Below are positions 27,728-36,001 of a DNA stretch of 64,000 nt, one piece after another. Origin of the DNA: an uncultured Erysipelotrichaceae bacterium (lineage in GTDB: Bacteria > Bacillota_I > Bacilli_A > RFN20 > CAG-826); NCBI GenBank assembly GCA_902802355.1, contig CADCLU010000001.1, forward strand, positions 5,533 through 69,532, given 5' to 3'. The translations under genes were made by a program, and so were the position numbers. The notes under the pieces are model-generated. The model was not told the DNA's origin. It saw only the letters and a list, made by a program, of their open reading frames with translations, and did not search any database. The number at the start of each line of letters is the position of its first letter. Within the stretch, counting starts at the first letter, position 1.

Positions 27728-27870
27728 TTCTCCTAAATGGATTCGATAATTACCGGAATAGGAGAAGTAAGTCTAAACATCAAAACACAAATCTAACGAT
27801 CTTGTGACTTCGTAGTGTTGGATTAAGGTCCAACGTAGAGACTTCCCACCAATTAGGGCAATTATACGAA
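27728..27870 (-). promoter_or_regulatory. purine riboswitch, guanine-type, with expression platform
   Basis: The minus-strand aptamer (27870-27808) reads uucguauaau-ugcccuaauuggugggaag-ucucuac-guuggaccuuaauccaac-acuacgaa. P1 is uucgua/uacgaa, J2-3 is agucucuac, L2 has GG and L3 has CC. J3-1 is ACU, the C-type discriminator. Downstream, uucuccu (27766-27760) can pair with the SD aggagaa (27734-27728). Confidence 0.75.
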
Positions 27871-28158
27871 ATGTCGATTTAGCGATTCGACACATTGAAT
27901 ATAAACCACGCTAAATGAAAATACTACAGAATCAAATCATTTATTTTCATGAAAACGGTTACATTTGGAAAAAATATGCATATTTTCTTGCGAGTCGTCT
28001 TTTGATATAAAGTGGTAAAAAGATAGCGATTATAAATAATTTATTTATTTTCTTTAAAACCGCTTCCGAAATAGAATGTCGCTAATCAAATACTGATATA
28101 TTTCTGAAAACCTGAAAAAAGTTTCATAAATGCTCAATTTTTGAGCTCTGTTTGCAAG

Positions 28159-28184
28159 AAAAAAGCCCTCATTTTCAGAGGGCG
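28159..28184 (-). terminator. rho-independent terminator of pepF
   Basis: The minus strand reads gccctc-tgaaaat-gagggc followed by T6. It lies 6 nt after the stop. Confidence 0.8.
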
Positions 28185-28189
28185 TTTTC

Positions 28190-29905
28190 CTAGAAGTTTT
28201 CTGGGTGATAATCGCGGAGAACCTTTTCGAGAGGCTTGACTGTCTTAGCAAGGACTCCTTCATCGAATGGGACCTCAAGCCCCACTTTCTTGACGAGCTC
28301 GCAGAAGGTGAATTTGCCACCAAGCTTGCAAAGCTTAATGTATTTCTTCCACGCGTTATCGTGTGAACGCCTGTCTTTATTGAAGAATTGGAACGCACAC
28401 ACCTGAGCAAGCGTGTAATCGATGTAGTAGAAAGGAAGCTCGAAGATGTGGATCTGGGTGAGCCAGCGGTGACCGGTGTAAAGGTACTCACAGTTTCTTT
28501 CCGCCTCAACCTTCCATGGGGTGTATTTCTCTTCGATTCTGTGCCACTGCTCATCTCTCTCAGCTGGCGTGGCCTCAGGGTGAGCGTAGACCCAGTGCTG
28601 GAACTCGTCGACGGAGACGCCGTATGGGAGGAAGCAGATGGAGCTAGCAAGATGGGCGTAACGGTATTTGTCAGGCTCATCGAAGAAGAGATCCATATAT
28701 GGTTCGGCGAAGAATTCCATAGACATGGAATGGATTTCGCAGGATTCAGCGGTTGGTGAACGGTAAGCTGGGATTTTGATATCAGCAGACTCGAAAGCTT
28801 GGAAGGAATGTCCGAACTCATGGGTAAGGACATCGACATCACCAGAGGTGCCGTTGAAGTTAGAGAAGATGATTGGGGTTCTCTGGATTGGGAAATAGGT
28901 CATGTAACCACCGCTTTGTTTGCCAGGTTTGGCATCAAGGAAGAGGAGGTTATGGTCTTTCATATAACGGAAGTATTTGGAGGTGTCTGGTGACATCTGG
29001 TCATACATCTTAACTGCAGCATTGACCTTATCTTCGGTGGTTCCTTTTGGAGTTGGGTTGCCGTTAGGGAACATGAGGTTGAGATCATAGATCTCTGGGT
29101 TCCTGATTCCTAAGCGGGCGATCTGCTTTCTCACGATCTTGGCGGCAAGAGGAGTGACGACCTCTTTGATCTGCTCACGGTATGCGGCAACCATCATTGG
29201 GTTGTAGTCATAACGGTTCATCATGATGTAGCCGAGTTCGGTGTAGGACTTGTAGCCCATCTTCTTGGCCATCTCGGTACGGACTTTGACGAGCTTATCG
29301 AAGATATCCTCTAGTTCGTCTTTGTGAGCGTTGAGGCCGGAATAGTAGACTTCCGCCGCTTCTTTTCTGGTTTCGCGGTCAGTGTCCTGGAGGAATTTGC
29401 CCATCTGAGGCATGTTGTATTTCTCTCCGCGGAACTCGAAGGATAAGGCAGCGGTCGCAGCCTGGTATTTCATGACGAGCTCGGATTCCTCTTGTTTGAG
29501 GGCGACGACGGATTCATCGCTCTTCTTGAGCTCATACTGGTACATCTTGGTGAGGAGCTTGCCTAATTTGCCCTCAAGGTATTCGAGATATGGAGATTCA
29601 AGATAGGCCTTGGAGAGCTTCTGGGTCTCAAGTTCGAGAAGAGGCATGGCGTTGTTGATCTTCTTCATGGCCTTCTCGTATTTCTTGTTGGTGGTCTCAA
29701 GAGAGAAAAGGACGGAGACGTGGGTAATCTTGTCTTCGACGCTTTCGATGAGGCGGGTGCACTTCTTCCAGATCTTTAAGGCTTCTTCTGGGGAAGAGGC
29801 TTTGGCGAATAAATCGGCGAAACCTTTCAAGCGGGCTCCGACGTTAGCGAAGTTAGGAACCTGAAATGGCCATTCTTCGAATTTCTTGTCAGTCATTTTC
29901 TTCAT
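28190..29905 (-). CDS. pepF: oligoendopeptidase F-type M3B metallopeptidase
   Basis: 571 aa. Zinc motif LTHEFGHSF with a downstream E (EIHSMSMEFF). The overall length is typical of PepF. Confidence 0.85.
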   Translation of the reverse strand: MKKMTDKKFEEWPFQVPNFANVGARLKGFADLFAKASSPEEALKIWKKCTRLIESVEDKITHVSVLFSLETTNKKYEKAMKKINNAMPLLELETQKLSKAYLESPYLEYLEGKLGKLLTKMYQYELKKSDESVVALKQEESELVMKYQAATAALSFEFRGEKYNMPQMGKFLQDTDRETRKEAAEVYYSGLNAHKDELEDIFDKLVKVRTEMAKKMGYKSYTELGYIMMNRYDYNPMMVAAYREQIKEVVTPLAAKIVRKQIARLGIRNPEIYDLNLMFPNGNPTPKGTTEDKVNAAVKMYDQMSPDTSKYFRYMKDHNLLFLDAKPGKQSGGYMTYFPIQRTPIIFSNFNGTSGDVDVLTHEFGHSFQAFESADIKIPAYRSPTAESCEIHSMSMEFFAEPYMDLFFDEPDKYRYAHLASSICFLPYGVSVDEFQHWVYAHPEATPAERDEQWHRIEEKYTPWKVEAERNCEYLYTGHRWLTQIHIFELPFYYIDYTLAQVCAFQFFNKDRRSHDNAWKKYIKLCKLGGKFTFCELVKKVGLEVPFDEGVLAKTVKPLEKVLRDYHPENF

Positions 29906-29910
29906 ACTAT

Positions 29911-30252
29911 CTATCCTCTTTTGAATCTGATGTTTTTGCTCTCTGGCATCTTGAAGTCTTTCCTCTCTAACGGACGAAGGTTTAGTTCATCGCATTTAGA
30001 GGTGAGACATAAGAATGAGTCCTTGCTTTCGAGATAACCGTTGCCCATGAGATGGTTGATGCGGCCTTTCGTTCTTCTTCCGGTGTAGGAAGGGAAGTAT
30101 CCGAAAGCGCTCGAGTTGACATACTTGATGGTCTCGAAATCGATGACGCCTTTGAGGACCTTGGTGAGGCCTTCGGCAGTCACTTCGACACCTTCGAGAT
30201 CAAGAGTATTGAGGGCACGGAGCAAATTGACGTAGCAAAGAGCAAGTTTCAT
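29911..30252 (-). CDS. small winged-helix protein, RQC-domain-like
   Basis: 113 aa. The pattern VLKGVIDFETIKYVNSSAFGYFPSYTGRRTKGRINHLMGNGYLE resembles the RecQ-C-terminal wHTH. The stop is 5 nt before the pepF start. The family call is tentative. Confidence 0.5.
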   Translation of the reverse strand: MKLALCYVNLLRALNTLDLEGVEVTAEGLTKVLKGVIDFETIKYVNSSAFGYFPSYTGRRTKGRINHLMGNGYLESKDSFLCLTSKCDELNLRPLERKDFKMPESKNIRFKRG

Positions 30253-30300
30253 AACGGGGTTATTATAACGAATAATAGCAAACTCGTCTTAACACTTTAC

Positions 30301-30328
30301 TTGTTACTAAAGAAAAAATGGCTACAAT
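30301..30328 (+). promoter_or_regulatory. candidate promoter TTGTTA-N16-TACAAT for the nfu-like gene
   Basis: -35 box at 30301-30306 and -10 box at 30323-30328. The ATG at 30341 is 12 nt downstream and has no SD. Confidence 0.45.
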
Positions 30329-30340
30329 ATTCGTTGCGCT

Positions 30341-30646
30341 ATGGAAGCAATCGAGAAACAAATTGAAATAGTATTAGATAAAATTCGTCCATTCCTTCAA
30401 AGAGAAGGAGGCAACGTCGAGTACGTTGGCTACAAGGACGGAGTCGTCTATGTCAACATGGTTGGCGCTTGCGAAGGATGTGCCTATGCCGATGCGGATA
30501 TCTCCCAGGGCATTGAAACCATTCTCGTTGAGGAAGTCCCAGGAGTCATCAGATGCGACAGCGCGATGAACGCCCCGCTTGATGTCCTTGATCCTTATCT
30601 CAAAAGAAAAGAAGAGCAATACAAGAAGCTCGACGAAGAAAAATAA
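30341..30646 (+). CDS. NifU C-terminal-domain (Nfu-type) Fe-S cluster carrier
   Basis: 101 aa. IRPFLQREGGNVEYV and the CxxC in GACEGCAYA are typical of the Nfu/NifU_C domain. Confidence 0.75.
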   Translation: MEAIEKQIEIVLDKIRPFLQREGGNVEYVGYKDGVVYVNMVGACEGCAYADADISQGIETILVEEVPGVIRCDSAMNAPLDVLDPYLKRKEEQYKKLDEEK

Positions 30647-30649
30647 AAA

Positions 30650-30671
30650 GCTGGAAATCCCAGCTTTTTTT
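30650..30671. terminator. terminator between nfu and the convergent IMPase-family gene
   Basis: Hairpin gctgg-aaatc-ccagc followed by T7, with an A-run on the other side. Confidence 0.7.
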
Positions 30672-30700
30672 CATAAAATCATCTGCAAAACGCGCTTATT

Positions 30701-31483
30701 TCAAAAAAGAGCGTTCCTCAAATCGTTGGCCACGACATAACCATCGCGGTTATATACGTCTTCTCTGTTGTGGGTGTATTTCTCTAAGTGGATATTGGTG
30801 AAATAACCGCCGGCTTCCTCGAGGAGGATCTCCCCTGCTGCCGTATCCCATTCTTTGGTGTCGACGCTATAGCGAATAGCGACATCGGCTTTGCCTTCAG
30901 CGATCCTGCAGAACTTGGTGGCAGCGCCACACGGGGTAACAGATTCGTAGCACTCCTTATGCCTTTCGATCTGGGCTTTTTCCTTATCTATAAGATGGCT
31001 GATGGAGATGAGGGCGCGGAGGTTCTTTCCAACCCTATCCGAGACATGAATACGAAGTGGATTTTTGTCTCGTCCTTCTTTATACGCCCCTTGGCCTTTG
31101 ACCGCATAATAAGTCATTTGCTCAAGAGGGATATTGATGACCCCCGCCACAATCTCGTTCTTATAGCAAAGGGCGATGTTCGTGCTGAAACCACCTCTCT
31201 TATTGACGAACTCAACGGTTCCATCAACTGGGTCGATGATGAAGAGAAGGTCTTTGTGGAGCCTCTCTTTGGTATCAACACTCTCTTCGGTGAGGAAAGC
31301 GTAATCCGGGAATCTCTCTTTGAGATAGTCCTTGATGATTTTGTCAGCGGCTTTGTCCGCTTCGGTGACTGGAGAGTCATCGGACTTGGTTTCCACTTTA
31401 AAAGTGGAATGATAGACCTCAAGGATCTTCTTCTCCGCCAAGAGGGCGGCGTTTTTCATCTCTTCGATTTCTCTTTCCCACAT
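30701..31483 (-). CDS. inositol-monophosphatase-family phosphatase (SuhB/CysQ-like)
   Basis: 260 aa. Motifs FLTEES, IIDPVDGT and WDTAAG. Confidence 0.8.
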   Translation of the reverse strand: MWEREIEEMKNAALLAEKKILEVYHSTFKVETKSDDSPVTEADKAADKIIKDYLKERFPDYAFLTEESVDTKERLHKDLLFIIDPVDGTVEFVNKRGGFSTNIALCYKNEIVAGVINIPLEQMTYYAVKGQGAYKEGRDKNPLRIHVSDRVGKNLRALISISHLIDKEKAQIERHKECYESVTPCGAATKFCRIAEGKADVAIRYSVDTKEWDTAAGEILLEEAGGYFTNIHLEKYTHNREDVYNRDGYVVANDLRNALF

Positions 31484-31510
31484 ACGGAAACATTATACTC
31501 CTTCGGATAA

Positions 31511-31535
31511 GAAAAAAGCCTCCACAAGGGAGGCT
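31511..31535 (-). terminator. rho-independent terminator
   Basis: The minus strand reads agcctccc-ttgt-ggaggct followed by T6. Confidence 0.75.
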
Positions 31536-31550
31536 TGATTCCACTTTAGA

Positions 31551-31787
31551 TTAGTCCTTGAACCAGAATGGACGTTTGCAGACGATGACCCAGATGATGT
31601 CAAGGATCCACATGAACGCAGCGCCTGGGATGATGCAAAGGATGCCAAGGATGATCTTGAGGACGTCACCGGAGATGATGCCTTTCAAGAGTTTCCAGAC
31701 GGACCAGACGATGTCCAAGAATGGGATGCAAAGGATAAGCTTGACTATTAAAGGAAGCTTCTCCATTGATTTGGTAAGTTCTTTCAT
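31551..31787 (-). CDS. small membrane protein, unknown function
   Basis: Two hydrophobic helices. The track ORF starts at a TTG (31826). An ATG at 31787 (MKELTKSM) is preceded by ggagg 11 nt upstream. The start is uncertain. Confidence 0.45.
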   Translation of the reverse strand: MKELTKSMEKLPLIVKLILCIPFLDIVWSVWKLLKGIISGDVLKIILGILCIIPGAAFMWILDIIWVIVCKRPFWFKD

Positions 31788-31899
31788 GCTATGTATTACC
31801 TCCAAAAAAAGTTTACACTCTTCCAAAAAATTTCACTAGAGGAAAATGAAAAAAGCTGGACCAATTTCTGGACCAGCTATTTTTAATGGTTTAACGAAG

Positions 31900-32319
31900 T
31901 TAGTCGTTGATGCCAAAGGACTCGAGAGAGGCAGCGTTTCCACTGGTTTCCTCTTCTTCGTTTCCTTCGCCTTCCTCGCCTTCTTCACCGGTTGGCTCAG
32001 CGAGTTCGTCGCCCTCATTCTCCTCTGGGTCGACATCAGCCTGATCGGCTTCGGTCGCATCATAGATGTCAGAGACGGAGATGTGGACTTTGTCATAGGT
32101 GTGACGGGAACGGAGATCCCAGACATTGCCATCGAGGGTCACAAAACGGCCATCGAGGGTGAGGTCGGTATATAAGGCGCCCATATGAGCGGCTTTCTCT
32201 TCTTCGGTCATCTCAAGGTCAATAGCGACAAGACCATAGAGTTCGGCAAATGGAAGGGAGCGTCCGGCAGTGGTTAATTCGTCATAGGCGCAATCGCGCA
32301 TGGATTTGTTTTTCTTCAT
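31900..32319 (-). CDS. rpoE: RNA polymerase delta subunit
   Basis: The N-terminal HARE-HTH-like block LYTDLTLDGRFVTLDGNVWDLRS matches the Bacillus RpoE pattern FYTDLNIDGRF...WGLRS. A long acidic tail follows. Confidence 0.8.
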   Translation of the reverse strand: MKKNKSMRDCAYDELTTAGRSLPFAELYGLVAIDLEMTEEEKAAHMGALYTDLTLDGRFVTLDGNVWDLRSRHTYDKVHISVSDIYDATEADQADVDPEENEGDELAEPTGEEGEEGEGNEEEETSGNAASLESFGIND

Positions 32320-32334
32320 CTTTGTTTCTCCTTA

Positions 32335-33963
32335 TTACATTTTATCAGGGGCGCTAACACCCAAGAGAGCGAGAGCATTGCGAAGGACAATGCGGCAGGC
32401 TTTGATGAGGGATAATCTCGAGGCAGTGCTCGCCTTGTCATCGCGGTCGATGATCTTCGTAGCGGCATAGTATTCATGGATTAGCTGAGCTAATTTCTGA
32501 ATGTAGTTGGCAACCTTATAAGGTGCTCTAGCGTTCGCCGCAGCCTCTATCATACTAGGAAATTGGGCGAGTTGCTTCAAAATATCACCTTCTTTGGCAC
32601 TTGCCAAGACTGGAGTGATAGAATCGTCGACCATGTCCTTTCCCATTTCAAGAAGGGAAGTGCAACGCGCATGGGCGTACTGAGCATAGTAGACTGGGTT
32701 GTCTTTGCTGTGGCTGGTGGCCAAATCAAGGTCGAAGTCGAGGTGGGTGTCGCCGTTCCTCTCAGCGAAGAAATATCTGACGGCGTCTTTGCCAACTTCT
32801 GCAACGAGTTCCCTGTGGGTGATGGCTTTTCCAGTACGCTTGGACATCTTGACCTCAGCACCGTCTTTGTAGACACGGACGATCTGGTAGATGTCGGCTT
32901 CATAGGCGTCTGGTGAGTAGCCTTTCATCATGAGTGCGCTCTTCATACGGTTGATGTATCCGAAGTGGTCGGCGCCAAGCATGACGATGAGCTGGTCAAA
33001 TCCGCGGTTCATCTTCTCGTAGTGATAGCAAACGTCTGGAAGGAAGTATGTGTAGCAACCATCTTTCTTGATGATTGGACGGTCCTTGTCATCAAGGAAG
33101 TCGCTGGTTCTGAGATAAGTGGCTCCTTCGCTTTCGTAGACATAACCTTTTTCCTTAAGGAAAGCGATTGTGTCGGCGATGGTTGAGCCAGCGCGGATAT
33201 CGGATTCTTTGCTGATCTTGTCGAAATGGACTCCGAAGTCGTTAAGGTCCTTCATGATCTTGCCAAGCTCGACTTCGATGCCGTGCTCGATGAAGAAGTC
33301 ATGGGACTCTTTGGTGTCCTTCAAGAACTTGTCGCCATACTGCTCTTTGATGCCTTCGGCGATCTTGATGAGATCAACACCATGGTAGTCATCGTCTCCA
33401 AGGTCAAGAGGCTCACCAAAGAGTTCGTGGTAACGGGCTCTGATGGAATGGCCAAGATGCTCGACTTGGTTGCCGCAGTTGTTGAGGTAGTACTCACGGG
33501 TAACGTCGTATCCGGCTTTCTCGAGGATGTTGCAGACGCTGTCTCCGAGAGCGGCTCCCCTGGTGTGGCCTAAGTGAAGGTCGCCGGTTGGGTTGGCGCT
33601 GACGAACTCGACGTCGTATTTCTTATTCTTCTTCTCACCGTCACCGAAGTGGTCTCCCTGGGAAAGGATGGTCGTGACGATGGAGGAAAGGGATTCTTTC
33701 TTGAGGAAGAAATTGATGAATCCAGGGCCAGCGATTTCGATATGATCGACAAGGTCGCTAGAGATGCTGGATTTAATCTCTTCGGCCAATTCCAAAGGCT
33801 TTTTGCCAAGGATTTTCGAATATTTGAGGGCGGAATTGCAGGCATAGTCGCCATGAGCGAGGTCTTTGCTTGGGGTGACGATGACTTCATTAGAAGTGCA
33901 AGCGGCTCCAAGCTTAGTAAGAGCTTCGGCGATTATGACTTTTAATTGTTCTTCGTTGGTCAT
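32335..33963 (-). CDS. argS: arginine--tRNA ligase
   Basis: 542 aa. SANPTGDLHLGH (HIGH motif), MSKRTGK (KMSK-like motif) and a DALR anticodon-binding tail. Confidence 0.95.
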   Translation of the reverse strand: MTNEEQLKVIIAEALTKLGAACTSNEVIVTPSKDLAHGDYACNSALKYSKILGKKPLELAEEIKSSISSDLVDHIEIAGPGFINFFLKKESLSSIVTTILSQGDHFGDGEKKNKKYDVEFVSANPTGDLHLGHTRGAALGDSVCNILEKAGYDVTREYYLNNCGNQVEHLGHSIRARYHELFGEPLDLGDDDYHGVDLIKIAEGIKEQYGDKFLKDTKESHDFFIEHGIEVELGKIMKDLNDFGVHFDKISKESDIRAGSTIADTIAFLKEKGYVYESEGATYLRTSDFLDDKDRPIIKKDGCYTYFLPDVCYHYEKMNRGFDQLIVMLGADHFGYINRMKSALMMKGYSPDAYEADIYQIVRVYKDGAEVKMSKRTGKAITHRELVAEVGKDAVRYFFAERNGDTHLDFDLDLATSHSKDNPVYYAQYAHARCTSLLEMGKDMVDDSITPVLASAKEGDILKQLAQFPSMIEAAANARAPYKVANYIQKLAQLIHEYYAATKIIDRDDKASTASRLSLIKACRIVLRNALALLGVSAPDKM

Positions 33964-33966
33964 TGT

Positions 33967-34446
33967 TCACTCCTTTTCGATGAGGGCGATGGCGGTTGCC
34001 CTGATGGCTTTGCCTTCCCCTACTGCGTCAAAGCCTTCGTTGGTCATGGCTTTGAGGGAAACGTTTTCGATGCTGGTTTCAAGCAGTCTGGCGATATTGT
34101 TTCTCATCTCGTCGAGGTACTTCATGAGATGAGGTTTCTCGGCGGCGATAGAGATATCAACGTTGTTGATTTTGTATCCCTTCTCTTTGACGAGACGGTA
34201 GCACTCTTTGACGATGATCGATGAATCGAGATTGTCGTAGAGAGGATCGTTCGTTGGGAAGAGCTGGCCGATGTCACCGCCCGCGATGGCGCCTAGGAGC
34301 GCGTCGCTGAGCGCATGGTAAACGACGTCCGCGTCGCTGTGTCCGAGGAGGCCCTTCTCGAATGGGATGTTCACTCCGCCGAGGATGAGCTTACGCCCTT
34401 CGACGAGAGCGTGTATGTCTTCGCCATGTCCAATTCTGTAGCTCAT
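33967..34446 (-). CDS. ispF: 2-C-methyl-D-erythritol 2,4-cyclodiphosphate synthase
   Basis: 159 aa. IGHGEDIH, LLGHSDADVVYHA and the C-terminal FDAVGEGKAI pattern. Confidence 0.9.
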   Translation of the reverse strand: MSYRIGHGEDIHALVEGRKLILGGVNIPFEKGLLGHSDADVVYHALSDALLGAIAGGDIGQLFPTNDPLYDNLDSSIIVKECYRLVKEKGYKINNVDISIAAEKPHLMKYLDEMRNNIARLLETSIENVSLKAMTNEGFDAVGEGKAIRATAIALIEKE

Positions 34447-35558
34447 ACATTGAAGCGGAAGAAGACGACATCGCCGTCTTGCATCACGTAATCCTTTCCT
34501 TCAAAGCGAAGCTTTCCAGCCTCTTTGACAGCAAGCTCGCTGCCATAGGTTTTGAAATCTTCGAACTTGTATATCTCGGCTTTGATGAAGCCTTTCTCGA
34601 AATCGCTGTGGATGATACCTGCGCATTGAGGAGCGGTCATGCCGTTTCTGAAAGTCCAGGCACGGCACTCATCGGTTCCGCAGGTCAAGAAGGTTGAGAG
34701 ATTGAGAAGCTTGTAAGAAGCTTTGACAAGTTTGTCCAAGCCAGATTCGGTAGCGCCGATGCTCTCAAGGAACTCCTTCTTCTCCTCTTCGCTAGAAAGC
34801 TGGGAAATCTCATATTCGATTCCGCAAGAGAGAGGGATGCATTCCGCACCTTCCTGAGCGGCGATGGCTTTGACGGTTTGGTAGTAAGCGCAGTTGTCGA
34901 GGTCAGCGTAATCGCTGTCGGCGACATTGGCGACATAAAGGATTGGCTTAAGCGAGAGAAGGAAGAAATTCTTTCTTGCGTACTCAAGCTGATCGCTCGT
35001 TAAGCCTTTGACGGTTCTGGCGGATTTGCCTTCTTCGAGGACGGCTTTGATAGCGGTCAATATAGGCATTTCGTAGAGAGCCTGCTTATCTTTGGTGATT
35101 CTGGCTTTGGATTCCATTTTGCCGATGCGGTTGTTGACCGTATCGAGATCGGCCATCGAAAGCTCGAGGTTGATGACATCAATGTCGTTGGCTGGGTCGA
35201 CTGGTTCTTCGTTGTAACGAAGGACGGCTGCGTTATCGAAACAACGGACGACTTCAACGATGGCATCGCACTCACGGATGGCCGCAAGGAACTGGTTGCC
35301 AAGGCCTTCTCCTTTGGAGGCGCCTTTGACGAGACCAGCGATGTCATAGAAATCGAAAGTGGCGTTGATCTTCTTCTTTGGGTTGAAGGCTTTGGTGAGA
35401 TAATCGAGCCTCTCATCTGGGACCAAAACGACACCAGTATTTGGGTTGATGGTCGCGAATGGGTAGTTCTCCGCCAAAACGTGCGAATTCGTTATCGCGT
35501 TGAAGAGTGTTGATTTGCCTACGTTTGGGAGGCCGACGATACCTGCTTTTAATGCCAT
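34443..35558 (-). CDS. ychF: redox-regulated ATPase YchF
   Basis: 371 aa. [16 protein letters not shown], a TGS-like C-terminus and VVFFRFNV at the end. Confidence 0.95.
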   Translation of the reverse strand: MALKAGIVGLPNVGKSTLFNAITNSHVLAENYPFATINPNTGVVLVPDERLDYLTKAFNPKKKINATFDFYDIAGLVKGASKGEGLGNQFLAAIRECDAIVEVVRCFDNAAVLRYNEEPVDPANDIDVINLELSMADLDTVNNRIGKMESKARITKDKQALYEMPILTAIKAVLEEGKSARTVKGLTSDQLEYARKNFFLLSLKPILYVANVADSDYADLDNCAYYQTVKAIAAQEGAECIPLSCGIEYEISQLSSEEEKKEFLESIGATESGLDKLVKASYKLLNLSTFLTCGTDECRAWTFRNGMTAPQCAGIIHSDFEKGFIKAEIYKFEDFKTYGSELAVKEAGKLRFEGKDYVMQDGDVVFFRFNV

Positions 35559-35661
35559 AAAACAACTTCTAATCCTATGTTGCGTAGAGATTATATCTCT
35601 ATCTCGTTTTGAATTGAATAAAAGAAAAATCTAATTGTTTTTCTTTCGATGAAATCTAATG

Positions 35662-35685
35662 AAAAGCCCCCGATAAATCGGAGGC
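35662..35685 (-). terminator. terminator of the cold-shock gene
   Basis: The minus strand reads gcctccga-ttta-tcgggggc followed by tttt. The stem has one mismatch. Confidence 0.55.
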
Positions 35686-35715
35686 TTTAGTTCAAAAATA
35701 TATATTTACAACGAA

Positions 35716-35922
35716 CTACTGAACTTTTTTGACATCTTTAGCGCGGAGGCCACGAGCGTTATTCTCGTCGACTTCGAAATCAACGTTGTCGCCCTGGTCG
35801 AGGCTCTTATAACGTTCTTCGCTAATGATGGAACTGTAGTGGAAGAAGTAATCCTGGTTATCCTCGGCACGGATAAAACCAAAACCTTTTTCCTTGTTGA
35901 ACATCTTGACAGATCCCTTCAT
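35716..35922 (-). CDS. cold-shock-domain protein
   Basis: Start chosen at MKGSVKMFN (SD aaagga). The RNP1-like motif KGFGFI is present. 68 aa. Confidence 0.9.
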   Translation of the reverse strand: MKGSVKMFNKEKGFGFIRAEDNQDYFFHYSSIISEERYKSLDQGDNVDFEVDENNARGLRAKDVKKVQ

Positions 35923-36001
35923 AACATCCTTTCTTGCAATGTAATGAAAAATTGCTGAGATAAATATATCATTTATCGCCTTCAAAAAGATATAGGTAAA
36001 C

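Noticed and set aside
28054-28842. A 262-aa minus-strand ORF overlapping the 3' part of pepF.
   Set aside because: It is in a different frame of the same strand as pepF and has an S/T/P-rich composition. It also runs through the pepF terminator into A/T-rich intergenic DNA. It is not credible as a gene.
33964-33966. An expected T-box leader in front of argS.
   Set aside because: Only 3 nt separate the ispF stop from the argS start, so there is no room for a leader. argS appears to be co-transcribed with ychF and ispF.
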